Translations under genes and position numbers: made by a program
Shown: positions 1 to 7,983 of the stretch, piece by piece
Numbering within the stretch: position 1 is the first letter of the stretch
Layout of the letters: each line of letters begins with the position of its first letter
Virus record (IMG/VR): IMGVR_UViG_3300045988_091239
Location: 1-44,103 of that record
Reading direction: 5' to 3' (one strand)
Length of the DNA stretch: 44,103 nucleotides
From: a virus
The notes under the pieces: model-generated
Told to the model about the DNA's origin: nothing
Database searches by the model: none
Seen by the model: the letters and a program-made list of their open reading frames with translations, nothing else

Positions 1-55
1 GCTGCAATGAAATTGACAAAAAGCTAATGGCAATGTACGTTGAGAACCATGCGCC
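1..55. repeat. 55-bp terminal overlap identical to 44049..44103 (circular assembly closure; unit genome 44,048 bp)
   Basis: gctgcaatgaaattgacaaaaagctaatggcaatgtacgttgagaaccatgcgcc occurs at both window ends; an ORF is continuous across the join. Confidence 0.9.
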
Positions 56-935
56 AAAGTATAGCTTTTTAGAGCCAATTCAGACGTTTAAGGACAGAAA
101 CGACCTGCCAAGCGAATTGTATAACTTAGATATTTTGGACGGCTCACCACCATGCAGTACATTCTCGATGGCAGGCCAAAGGGAAAAGAATTGGGGCAAG
201 GCCAAGAAGTTTCGCGAGGGTCAAGAAATGCAAGTTTTGGACACTTTATTTTTCGACTTTATCGAGTTGGCTAAAAAATTGCAGCCCAAAGTTGTCGTGG
301 CCGAAAACGTAAGAGGGCTTTTGTTGGGCAATGCCAAAAAGTACATGCAAAGAATACATGAGGAGTTCGACAAGGCTGGTTATTATTGCCAATATTTCTT
401 ATTGGATGCCGCGAAGATGGATGTACCTCAACATAGGCGGCGCGTTTTCTTTATATGTCTGCGAAAAGATTTGGCGGCGCAATTTCTTGCGGATGTCGAT
501 TTGTTCACCAAGATGCCAAAGTTAGATATGAACTTTAACGGCCGCGGCATACCATTCCAAGAAATAGAGGATAAGGGCAATTTTGAAAATCCGCTATATC
601 CGGGTATCAAAAAAATGTGGGATAAAAGGAAGTGGGGAGATTATTCATTAGCCAAGGCGGCAGAGCGCGCAACTGGTGTGTATAAATGCTTTTCTCAAAA
701 TATTATTTATAATTTTGGCGTATTGAGAACAATAACGACAAAAAAAGATGCTAATATATTGTATCACGAGCCACGTTTTTTAAACAAAATTGAAGTTATA
801 AGGGCATCTAGTTTCCCTATTGATTACAATTTCTGTGGCAACGATGTATTCTATACTTGCGGCATGAGTGTTCCGCCCTACATGATGTATCATATAGCGA
901 AAAATATTTATAACCAATGGCTTAGTAAATTATAG
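1..935 (+). CDS. dcm: DNA (cytosine-5)-methyltransferase, 3' portion (5' portion is 43925..44103 across the circular junction)
   Basis: Motif IV PPCSTFS, motif VI VVAENV, motif VIII QHRRRVFF, C-terminal GMSVPP; same frame as the ATG at 43925 that encodes motif I (FSCFACGGGSTMGY). Confidence 0.85.
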   Translation, partial: CNEIDKKLMAMYVENHAPKYSFLEPIQTFKDRNDLPSELYNLDILDGSPPCSTFSMAGQREKNWGKAKKFREGQEMQVLDTLFFDFIELAKKLQPKVVVAENVRGLLLGNAKKYMQRIHEEFDKAGYYCQYFLLDAAKMDVPQHRRRVFFICLRKDLAAQFLADVDLFTKMPKLDMNFNGRGIPFQEIEDKGNFENPLYPGIKKMWDKRKWGDYSLAKAAERATGVYKCFSQNIIYNFGVLRTITTKKDANILYHEPRFLNKIEVIRASSFPIDYNFCGNDVFYTCGMSVPPYMMYHIAKNIYNQWLSKL

Positions 936-940
936 AAATT

Positions 941-1492
941 ATGGAGAAAAAGAATTTATCAATTAATTGCATCATAGCAATAGACCCAGGGGCAAGTAAT
1001 GGCGGCATTTGCGTTTTTCGCCCAAAGGAAACGCCTAAATGCGTTCGCATGCCAAAGGACTTGCGCGATTTGCGCGATTTCATTGCCTATTACAAAGGTT
1101 TCACCAACCCAATTGTTTTCGTTGAAAAACTTAACGTGCGCATTGACGATGCCGAGGAAAACAGAGGTAAGTTGTTCCGTATTCAGACTATGCTCGCCAA
1201 CTTCGAGCAGATAAAGGCCGTGTTAACTCTGCTCGATGTGCCTTATTGCCTTGTGCATCCTATGAAGTGGCAAAGTAGGCTTAATCTTCGTAAGATAGGG
1301 CGTTACGAGGAAAAAAGCGAGCGAAAGAAACGCTACAAGGAGGTCGCGCAAGACCTCTACAAGGGCGTTAAGGTTACGCTTTGGAATGCCGATGCGCTGT
1401 TAATTATGCACTTTGGCAGGGTCGTTTTAAGCAATGATTTGAGTTGGCTGTTAGAGAATATACCACGTAATACACATAATAAGTTATTCTAG
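941..1492 (+). CDS. RuvC-like Holliday junction resolvase
   Basis: N-terminal IIAIDPGASNGG (RuvC catalytic Asp motif) and C-terminal NADALLIMHFG; 183 aa, typical size. Confidence 0.65.
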   Translation: MEKKNLSINCIIAIDPGASNGGICVFRPKETPKCVRMPKDLRDLRDFIAYYKGFTNPIVFVEKLNVRIDDAEENRGKLFRIQTMLANFEQIKAVLTLLDVPYCLVHPMKWQSRLNLRKIGRYEEKSERKKRYKEVAQDLYKGVKVTLWNADALLIMHFGRVVLSNDLSWLLENIPRNTHNKLF

Positions 1493-1493
1493 T

Positions 1494-1796
1494 ATGGATA
1501 ATAGGAGATTTACTCACGATGTAAGCTACTTCGACACGTTAACGCGCGAAATGCTGTGTCACATGTGCCGCAATATCATTGATAATAATGCGATGTACGA
1601 CAATAGTATAATATCGTTTGCCCAATTCCTAGACAAGGTGCGCCAATTGCGTTATACGCAGCGGCGCGCGGCTAGAAATGAGGATTTGCAGGCAAAGCGA
1701 GAAATGCAAGAAAAAGAGATTGACGAGATTTTAAACCGCTTTTTCAACGCACAACTAACTATTTTTAATGCAAAATGCGATTTTCTTGAAAAATAA
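1494..1796 (+). CDS. hypothetical protein
   Basis: 100-aa ORF, ATG start 2 nt after the preceding stop; no recognisable motif. Confidence 0.5.
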   Translation: MDNRRFTHDVSYFDTLTREMLCHMCRNIIDNNAMYDNSIISFAQFLDKVRQLRYTQRRAARNEDLQAKREMQEKEIDEILNRFFNAQLTIFNAKCDFLEK

Positions 1797-1807
1797 TGCT
1801 TAAAAAT

Positions 1808-1838
1808 TTTGGCGGTTTGAAAAATATTAGTAACTTTG
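1808..1838 (+). promoter_or_regulatory. Bacteroidetes-type promoter (-33 TTTG 1808-1811, 19-nt spacer, -7 TAACTTTG 1831-1838)
   Basis: Matches the TTTG-N19-TAnnTTTG architecture; sits in an intergenic gap ahead of a monocistronic unit. Confidence 0.7.
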
Positions 1839-1861
1839 CAATGTGATTAATAAACAACACG

Positions 1862-1882
1862 ACTGGCACGGCAGTTTCCGTG
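1862..1882 (+). promoter_or_regulatory. 5' leader hairpin/pseudoknot element, copy A
   Basis: CACGG-CAGTTT-CCGTG hairpin (1867-1882). Upstream ACTG (1862-1865) is complementary to loop CAGT (1872-1875). The same arrangement recurs at 38013-38033 and 38755-38775 with compensatory stem changes. Confidence 0.6.
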
Positions 1883-1906
1883 AAACTTTTAAAACTAAAA
1901 AAAAAG

Positions 1907-2206
1907 ATGAAAAAGCTAGTTATTATCGAGAGAATTAACGCTACTACAAGTGAAGAAGTTAAGCAACAAGTAGAAGACCAGTTGAAGAACTGGGGCTACA
2001 ATGTAGTAGCCGATGAAGAACAGGCACGTAATTTTTTCCTTGCTGAATTTGGCAAGGAAATGAGTACAGAAGTTGCTCAAGAATTTGCCATTGATGGCGA
2101 AGTGAATTACGGCTACCAAACAACAATATATGTGACGATTAAGGCGCATTATTGCGATAGCGGTTCAGACGATTACCTCTATACGGTAGAGGTTACCGAG
2201 GACTAA
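1907..2206 (+). CDS. hypothetical small acidic protein (orphan cassette)
   Basis: ATG at 1907 in an AAAAAAAAAGATG context (the track's GTG 1880 start lies inside the leader hairpin). D/E-rich by eye. Has its own promoter and terminator. Confidence 0.6.
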   Translation: MKKLVIIERINATTSEEVKQQVEDQLKNWGYNVVADEEQARNFFLAEFGKEMSTEVAQEFAIDGEVNYGYQTTIYVTIKAHYCDSGSDDYLYTVEVTED

Positions 2207-2218
2207 GACAATAATATA

Positions 2219-2240
2219 CCTCACGGCAAAAGCCGTGGGG
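2219..2240 (+). terminator. terminator-like hairpin
   Basis: CCTCACGGC-aaaa-GCCGTGGGG, 9-bp stem including one G-U pair, 13 nt after the stop codon. Confidence 0.5.
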
Positions 2241-2293
2241 TATAAACTATTATATTAATCGAGCGCAACCCGCTCACAAAAAGATGATAAAAT

Positions 2294-3694
2294 ATGTACA
2301 TTAAGAAATTAGAGTTATTGAACTTCCAAGTTATCAAGGAGTTCAACGCAGATTTTGAGGGAAATGTCTATTTCATTACCGGAGATAACGAGTTAGGCAA
2401 GTCAACACTTTTGAAAGCTATTGGCGCACTGCTTACAGGTGAGCGCGATGCCGTCTTGCGAAAGGGTGAAGAAAAGGGCTTTGCCAAGATGGTTGTCGGC
2501 GATGGTGGCAAAGAGTACGAAGTTAGTTTGAAATTTACAAAGGCCAACCCACGCGGCGTGCTTTCGATTAAGGGCGAAAAACTTCAAAGTAGCAACGTGT
2601 CTATGTTGCAAGAGTTGTTTGGTTATCAAAACTTCGATGCTGTGGAGTTTTGCTCGTGGAGCGAAACGGCCGATGGGCGGCGCAAGCAGATAGAGGTCGT
2701 TAAGGGGCTTTTGCCAAAAAAGGTACAAGACCGCATTAACGAGATAGATGCGGACGTTAAGGCCAAAAAGGCAGAACGTACCGATTTGAACCGCGATATT
2801 AAGCTACTTTCGGCGCAAGTAAAGGCGAGTAAACAAGGTCTGGCCACTGATGACGAAAAGAAATACACCACGCGCATGGACGTTTCGGACTTGCTCAAAG
2901 TTCAGCAAAAACAGGCTGAAAACGATGCAAAGGCAAAACTTGTGCGCAGTAAGTTGCAGGAAAGAGTAGACCAGTTGGCCGCCATTCCTCAAAAAATCGA
3001 GGGTGCAAAAGCCAAGTATGAGCAAACAAAAGCGGCTATCGAAGATGAGTTGAGAATAGCGCAAGAACGCTTTAACCAACTAAAACAAGAATTGGACAAG
3101 CGCAATAGCATGGCGTTTGAAGAATTTGAAAACGCACAAAAAGAAATTGCCGCCGAAAAGGCAGATGCCGAGGAGCGCAAGGCCAATTGTGAAAGTTGGC
3201 TAAAAGATTACGAAAGTACAATCAGGACGGCGGCCGACACTGATGCAATTGCACAGGCGCAAGCACACAATGAAAAGGTAGCCATTGTAGAGGGCTATCT
3301 AGCAAGAAAAAGCGAACTAGACAAGGTGCAGGCCAATTTCGACAATTTGGGCGGAGAAGTAGAGAAGTTGCTGGCCGAGCGCGCCGAGATAATCGAAAAC
3401 GCGAACTTACCAATTAACGGCCTATCATTCACAGAAGACGGCCTAACGCTCAATAATATGCCATTCATGGACGGCGTTGTTAGTGATAGCCAAAAAATGG
3501 AAGTGGCCGCCAAACTGATAATTGCCGCAAACCCAACGGTTAAGGTATTCAGAATTGCGCGCGGCGAAAGCCTAGGCGCAAAGCGTTTAAAAACTATCCT
3601 AGACGTTGCAAAAGCAAATGGTTTCCAAGGCTTTATAGAGAACGTAAAGCGCGGACAGGAAACCATGCAAGTAGAGGAATACACAGAAGAATAG
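2294..3694 (+). CDS. SMC/Rad50(SbcC)-like ATPase with central coiled coil
   Basis: N-terminal LELLNFQ...ITGDNELGKSTLL (Walker A of the RecF/SMC family), long K/E/A/Q-rich coiled-coil middle, C-terminal SDSQK signature-like motif. Confidence 0.6.
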   Translation: MYIKKLELLNFQVIKEFNADFEGNVYFITGDNELGKSTLLKAIGALLTGERDAVLRKGEEKGFAKMVVGDGGKEYEVSLKFTKANPRGVLSIKGEKLQSSNVSMLQELFGYQNFDAVEFCSWSETADGRRKQIEVVKGLLPKKVQDRINEIDADVKAKKAERTDLNRDIKLLSAQVKASKQGLATDDEKKYTTRMDVSDLLKVQQKQAENDAKAKLVRSKLQERVDQLAAIPQKIEGAKAKYEQTKAAIEDELRIAQERFNQLKQELDKRNSMAFEEFENAQKEIAAEKADAEERKANCESWLKDYESTIRTAADTDAIAQAQAHNEKVAIVEGYLARKSELDKVQANFDNLGGEVEKLLAERAEIIENANLPINGLSFTEDGLTLNNMPFMDGVVSDSQKMEVAAKLIIAANPTVKVFRIARGESLGAKRLKTILDVAKANGFQGFIENVKRGQETMQVEEYTEE

Positions 3695-3701
3695 TTATTT
3701 T

Positions 3702-3724
3702 GGGTGGGGTGAAATTCCCCACCC
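3702..3724 (+). terminator. terminator-like hairpin
   Basis: GGGTGGGG-tgaaatt-CCCCACCC, perfect 8-bp GC-rich stem just after the stop. Confidence 0.55.
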
Positions 3725-3743
3725 TACAAAAAGATGAAACAAA

Positions 3744-4166
3744 ATGGAAATACAGAAAACGACAGATTACAAGCTGTTTAAGAAATTAGATGGCAACCGC
3801 GATGTTAAGAGAACAAACGCGCTTGTGAAGTCAATACTAGAATTTGACTTAACAATGTATTCGCCAATCATTGTAAGTGAAGATTTCAGAATAATTGACG
3901 GCCAACATAGGTTTGTTGCATGCCGAGAATTAGGTCTACCAATCTATTTTGTTGTTATGCGAAACGAAAATATCGAAAAGGCAATGATTGTCTTAAACAA
4001 ATGTCAATCACAATGGCGTAATAGCGAGTTTTTTCAATACAACGTACAGAAGAAAGGCAGCATTTATGCCGAATTGAAAGAATATATAGATAAGAATAAA
4101 ATAAACTTATCTTACGCAGTTATTTTGTTTCCTCAAAAGCCATTTGAAACGAAAAAAAGTACGTGA
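3744..4166 (+). CDS. ParB-like nuclease domain (DGQHR motif) protein, N-terminal segment
   Basis: IIDGQHRFVACRELGLPIYFVV is the ParB N-terminal/sulfiredoxin-fold motif. The ORF ends just after an A7 tract (4152-4158). Confidence 0.7.
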   Translation: MEIQKTTDYKLFKKLDGNRDVKRTNALVKSILEFDLTMYSPIIVSEDFRIIDGQHRFVACRELGLPIYFVVMRNENIEKAMIVLNKCQSQWRNSEFFQYNVQKKGSIYAELKEYIDKNKINLSYAVILFPQKPFETKKST

Positions 4167-4413
4167 TGCTAATTTTGTCTTTGAAAAATATTCAAGGTGT
4201 GACGAATTGACAGAATTTTATTTAAGCCCCGAATTTAAGATTTTGCCTTTTTGGGCATCAAAACCATTTGTTCGCGCGATACGCGCTTTCTTTGAAAAAT
4301 CAGACAAAAAGCAACTGGAAAAGCTGAAAAGAAAGGCTTTGGCGATACCTCAATGTGCAAACAATGTACAATATATCACAGCATTCGACAATCTTGTGAG
4401 AATGAGAAGATAA
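4144..4413 (+). CDS. probable C-terminal continuation of the ParB-like protein (+1 frame, no ATG start)
   Basis: 89-codon ORF with only a TTG start and no usable in-frame ATG (the sole Met is 3 codons before the stop). It overlaps the upstream ORF exactly at the A7 tract. Confidence 0.45.
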   Translation: MKRKKVRDANFVFEKYSRCDELTEFYLSPEFKILPFWASKPFVRAIRAFFEKSDKKQLEKLKRKALAIPQCANNVQYITAFDNLVRMRR

Positions 4414-4434
4414 ACAATTTAATCGCAAAAAATT

Positions 4435-4824
4435 ATGGTGAGCAAAAGAAAAGCAAAGAAAATCGTTACAAAGCCAGTTGTAGCGAAAAAGCAAAAGCCA
4501 GTAAAAGAAATGTCCGTTAAGGAGTTGCTTTTAAGTTCTGAATTTAGGGCGAATATTCAAAAACTTGTTTCTGAATTGCAGGACGAGCGCAAGCGAAAAA
4601 ACGGCCTTGTAAACATTAGTCTAAAAAGGCATCCAATCGACTATTTGAATTTGGATGTTAACTATCTGATTGCAGAGTACGCCGCAATTCTTAACAAGAA
4701 TAGCCAGTTATCTAGCAATTCGCGTGAGTTTATCAAGGCCGTTTGCGAGCATTCGGCAAGAAAAACAATTAAGCAATTACAAGACAATGAAACCGCGCGA
4801 GAAGTCTGCCACGGGGATAATTAA
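4435..4824 (+). CDS. hypothetical protein (Lys-rich N-terminus)
   Basis: 129-aa ORF with an ATG start in an A-rich context. Confidence 0.5.
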   Translation: MVSKRKAKKIVTKPVVAKKQKPVKEMSVKELLLSSEFRANIQKLVSELQDERKRKNGLVNISLKRHPIDYLNLDVNYLIAEYAAILNKNSQLSSNSREFIKAVCEHSARKTIKQLQDNETAREVCHGDN

Positions 4825-5218
4825 CGATGCCGGCAAACTCTCCATGTACATGGGAGAGTTAAACGAGTTCTTTAAGCAGCACAAGGGCGAGCGAGTTGTA
4901 GCGCGTTTCTTTGTCGCGCCGAAACAAAGTAGTGCCGCATTAGTTGGGTATTATTATAACTACATAGTACCTACAATTAGGCAAGGCATGGCGGAGTTAG
5001 GTGAGCGAAAAACAGACGAGCAAACAGAATTGTATTTGCGCGAGATTAGCCCAATAATGCAAATTGAAAACGTTGACTTGTCAACATGCACGTATAACAC
5101 GGCACTGAAAGAAATTCGGAGGTGTTCAAATGCCGAGTTAGTAGAGCATATTGAGTTTTTAAAGCAATTTGCCGCCGAGAACTTAAACGTATTTATTGAA
5201 GAGCCAAATTTGTTATAG
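4787..5218 (+). CDS. hypothetical protein
   Basis: First ATG of the 4670..5218 ORF (alternative ATG at 4844); overlaps the end of the preceding gene. Confidence 0.45.
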   Translation: MKPREKSATGIINDAGKLSMYMGELNEFFKQHKGERVVARFFVAPKQSSAALVGYYYNYIVPTIRQGMAELGERKTDEQTELYLREISPIMQIENVDLSTCTYNTALKEIRRCSNAELVEHIEFLKQFAAENLNVFIEEPNLL

Positions 5219-5220
5219 TT

Positions 5221-5442
5221 ATGAAAATAGAAAATGTATATCGCGCCAAAGAACTTATAGATGAGTATATAAGGATAGAGCGAATTGAATATTGTTTGCG
5301 TGAGAAATTCGTAATAACAATACAAATGGATTGTGAAGAAATTAAACTCTTTGAAAATCAAATGGAGTCAGTTCGCAGGGCATTATTAAGAGAGCATCGT
5401 ATTATGAAAAAATCATTGTGCGAGGAATTAGAAAATATGTAA
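5221..5442 (+). CDS. hypothetical protein
   Basis: 73-aa ORF tightly packed between neighbours. Confidence 0.45.
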   Translation: MKIENVYRAKELIDEYIRIERIEYCLREKFVITIQMDCEEIKLFENQMESVRRALLREHRIMKKSLCEELENM

Positions 5443-5443
5443 C

Positions 5444-5626
5444 ATGTTTTGCAAGTGTGGCCAAAAGCCTAGATTTTACCCATTAAGTAGTTGGCGCATA
5501 AACCACTATCGTTATACGCCGAAAGGGTTTAGCCGTGTAAAGTGTTTAAAATGCGGTTGCGAATGGCTTACGCGCAAACCATATACGAAACGAATAAAGA
5601 ATTTAGATTTAACTTTCAAATTTTAA
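5444..5626 (+). CDS. hypothetical small Cys-rich protein (possible zinc ribbon)
   Basis: CKCG...CLKCGC cysteine pairs; 60 aa. Confidence 0.4.
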   Translation: MFCKCGQKPRFYPLSSWRINHYRYTPKGFSRVKCLKCGCEWLTRKPYTKRIKNLDLTFKF

Positions 5627-5630
5627 AAAG

Positions 5631-6464
5631 ATGGAATACAAAATTAAAGATGTGTTGTTTTTTGACGTAGAAACAACGGGAGTGCCTGAAAAAGGTTTGA
5701 AATGGGATGTCGATTTTGACAAATTTCCCTTTGTAGTGCAATTTGCATGGCTGAAAGATGGTGTATTGAAAAAGCACTTAATCAAGCCAATTACGCCCAA
5801 AGGAATTGCGTTTGAAATTCCAAAAGAAACAACTGAGATACATGGTGTATCGACAGAATTGGCAATGCGCGATGGGCGTTTGTTCGAGGATGTTGTTCAA
5901 GAATTTGTACAGGATTGCACAAACTCGCCGCTTATCTGTGCGCACAACATCTATTTTGACACCTCAATAATAAAGGCAAACATTATGCGCTATCTAGGTA
6001 AGGAGTACTATGATAGCAAGGTGGAGGCCGCTCTGTTCAAGGGCAAGCGAATTGATACCATGATGGAAACAATGAAGTTCGTGGGGGCTACTTTCCCCAA
6101 TAGTAGCCGTATTAAATTCCCCACATTGGAGGAACTTTACGCGCGTTGTTTTGACGGCAAAAAGTTCGGCGCACACGATGCAGGCGAGGATGTCAAGGCG
6201 TTAGCAGAGTGCTTGCCGATAATTGTAGAACTGGGCTTTGTTAAGTTGGAGCAAAAGGAGTACAATGAGGATGGCACACAAAAAAAAGGTGCTGTTAAAA
6301 AATCTCCGAGCATCCCCAAAACGAAAATCGTAAAGGCAAAAAACCTTTTTGACGATGCAGACAAGAAAGCGAAAGAGGGCGTTTCGGCTGAAAACGTTAC
6401 AGAAGAAACACCCAAAAATCCGCTTTTGAGTGGTGAAACTTTGTGGGGGGAGGACAAGTTTTGA
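5631..6464 (+). CDS. DnaQ-like (DEDDh) 3'-5' exonuclease
   Basis: ExoI FFDVETTG, ExoII CAHNIYFDTSII, ExoIII GAHDAGEDVKALAEC. Confidence 0.8.
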   Translation: MEYKIKDVLFFDVETTGVPEKGLKWDVDFDKFPFVVQFAWLKDGVLKKHLIKPITPKGIAFEIPKETTEIHGVSTELAMRDGRLFEDVVQEFVQDCTNSPLICAHNIYFDTSIIKANIMRYLGKEYYDSKVEAALFKGKRIDTMMETMKFVGATFPNSSRIKFPTLEELYARCFDGKKFGAHDAGEDVKALAECLPIIVELGFVKLEQKEYNEDGTQKKGAVKKSPSIPKTKIVKAKNLFDDADKKAKEGVSAENVTEETPKNPLLSGETLWGEDKF

Positions 6465-6490
6465 TAGAGTACTTTGTTAATATTGCTTGT

Positions 6491-6802
6491 ATGTTAATTC
6501 TCCTTGCAATGGCCGTTATTGCGTGTGCGTTTTTCTGCTTTATTGTAGATTGTGCCAGAGAGGAGAGGGCAAAAAAAAGAGTTTCAGAAAGAAAATTATC
6601 TGATGAATTGCTAATGCAATACTTAGATATTCGATTTTCAGACGAAACAGAAGAGCAAAGTGTAAGGCGAAAAATTGACACATTAGAGTGTTTGGCCATT
6701 GAATTGCGAATGAAATATAATGCGTGTGAGGTGGCCAGTGATTTTAAATACATTAAAAACAAAAAACATGGAAAAAGAAAACAAAAAGCCAATTCCGAGT
6801 AA
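6491..6802 (+). CDS. hypothetical membrane-anchored protein
   Basis: First ATG of the 6443..6802 ORF. N-terminal hydrophobic segment MLILLAMAVIACAFFCFIV, then a charged tail. Confidence 0.4.
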   Translation: MLILLAMAVIACAFFCFIVDCAREERAKKRVSERKLSDELLMQYLDIRFSDETEEQSVRRKIDTLECLAIELRMKYNACEVASDFKYIKNKKHGKRKQKANSE

Positions 6803-7379
6803 AAAGGCGTTCACTTTGTCAAAGGCTAAGTTAGCAAGTGGTGGCGGCCTAGATGTTCATTATGAAGTTAGTGAGCAAGACGGCAATGCCAATTACCTCA
6901 ACAAGCACCATGACGAGTGCGCGCAAGACGTTCAAAAAGAACTTAGAGAACTTTTCCAAGAATTGCGGCCAATTGTAGGCAGGATATTCAATATCACGAG
7001 TTTTAAAACTCTGATGGAAACGGACGAGTTTAAAGCGACCGAGCAACAAAAGGCTTTGGGCGATGATTTTGCGCAAGAATGTTTGAACAAAATTGAGGTG
7101 CGCGGCATTTCGTTGAGCGGCAAAGACGATAAAGTAGGCGTTGTTATTACATCCGTTTACGAGGTTGCCAACGGTCAGAAAGTGGCAATCAATACGCCGC
7201 GCATTCGCTTTGATAGTGAAACATGGGGATTTGAGGAGGAACTTGAAAACATTGTTTATGAAATCGAAAACGAGGTTTACGAGTTTCTTTTTATGGGCAA
7301 AAAAGCCGAATTGTCCCTATTTGGTGAAGACCAAGGAGAGGACGAGCAAGGCAACCAAACAGAAGAAGACAACTATTAA
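6768..7379 (+). CDS. hypothetical protein with acidic C-terminal tail
   Basis: ATG at 6768 in an AAAAAACATG context within the 6720..7379 ORF; C-terminus EDQGEDEQGNQTEEDNY. Confidence 0.5.
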   Translation: MEKENKKPIPSKKAFTLSKAKLASGGGLDVHYEVSEQDGNANYLNKHHDECAQDVQKELRELFQELRPIVGRIFNITSFKTLMETDEFKATEQQKALGDDFAQECLNKIEVRGISLSGKDDKVGVVITSVYEVANGQKVAINTPRIRFDSETWGFEEELENIVYEIENEVYEFLFMGKKAELSLFGEDQGEDEQGNQTEEDNY

Positions 7380-7386
7380 TAACATT

Positions 7387-7410
7387 GGCGGAGCATTGCG
7401 CTCCGCCTTT
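7387..7410 (+). terminator. intrinsic terminator
   Basis: GGCGGAGC-attgc-GCTCCGCC followed by TTT. Confidence 0.6.
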
Positions 7411-7421
7411 ATATTACAAAC

Positions 7422-7850
7422 ATGGCCATACTAATAGAAGATGTAGCGTGTTATATGTATGCACGCGATAAAGGCTTTGAGCCACTTATCGACAAACGAT
7501 TTGAAATGCCTATAAGTGTTCGTGTTGATGTGCAGCGGCATTTATTCGGCCGTGGCCACTCGATGGCCGAGAATGAAAAATTTTATCGATATTGTTGGCG
7601 AATATATCCGCACATCTGCCAAGAATGCTTGCGGCCGCTTGGCAATTATTCGGCCGTATATATATCGCACATACGCACGCGCGGAGCGTTTCCCGAAATG
7701 GCGCACGATGTTAGGAATGTGAATGTACTTTGTTTTAAGCATCACAACCAGTGGGAAACTGGCAATAGAAAGGCAATGCGGATATATCCGCGCAATGCCA
7801 TGACAATAGAGCAGCTTACACGGGAGTATCGAGAGTTTTGGCGGCCTTAA
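7422..7850 (+). CDS. HNH / NinG(Rap)-like endonuclease
   Basis: CQEC...ISHIRTRGAFPEMAHDVRNVNVLCFKHHNQWETGN fits the Cys-pair plus H-N-H pattern of HNH/NinG-type nucleases. Confidence 0.5.
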   Translation: MAILIEDVACYMYARDKGFEPLIDKRFEMPISVRVDVQRHLFGRGHSMAENEKFYRYCWRIYPHICQECLRPLGNYSAVYISHIRTRGAFPEMAHDVRNVNVLCFKHHNQWETGNRKAMRIYPRNAMTIEQLTREYREFWRP

Positions 7851-7945
7851 AGTATGCCTAATTGTTATAGAATGTGAACAAGGTGCGTTTTAACGGGTAT
7901 TTGTGTTAACAAAATCCAAAACAATAATATTTATTTGTTTTTTGC

Positions 7946-7976
7946 TTGCAAGTTTCAAATATACTTATTACCTTTG
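7946..7976 (+). promoter_or_regulatory. Bacteroidetes-type promoter driving the ORF-free region (-7 TACCTTTG 7969-7976; weak -33 cTTG 7945-7948)
   Basis: Same TACCTTTGCATTGTGATTAA box as the promoters at 37982 and 38726. Confidence 0.6.
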
Positions 7977-7983
7977 CATTGTG

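Noticed and set aside
1-55. Terminal direct repeat as a biological DTR or cos end
   Set aside because: An exact 55-nt overlap that bisects an intact methyltransferase gene is best explained as an assembler k-mer overlap of a circular or permuted genome.
2284-3781. Short upstream ORFs at AAAGATG contexts (2284-2304, 3734-3781) just before the real starts at 2294 and 3744
   Set aside because: They are 6 and 15 codons long and overlap the main starts. They most likely arise by chance from the A-rich initiation region, and nothing supports a regulatory uORF.
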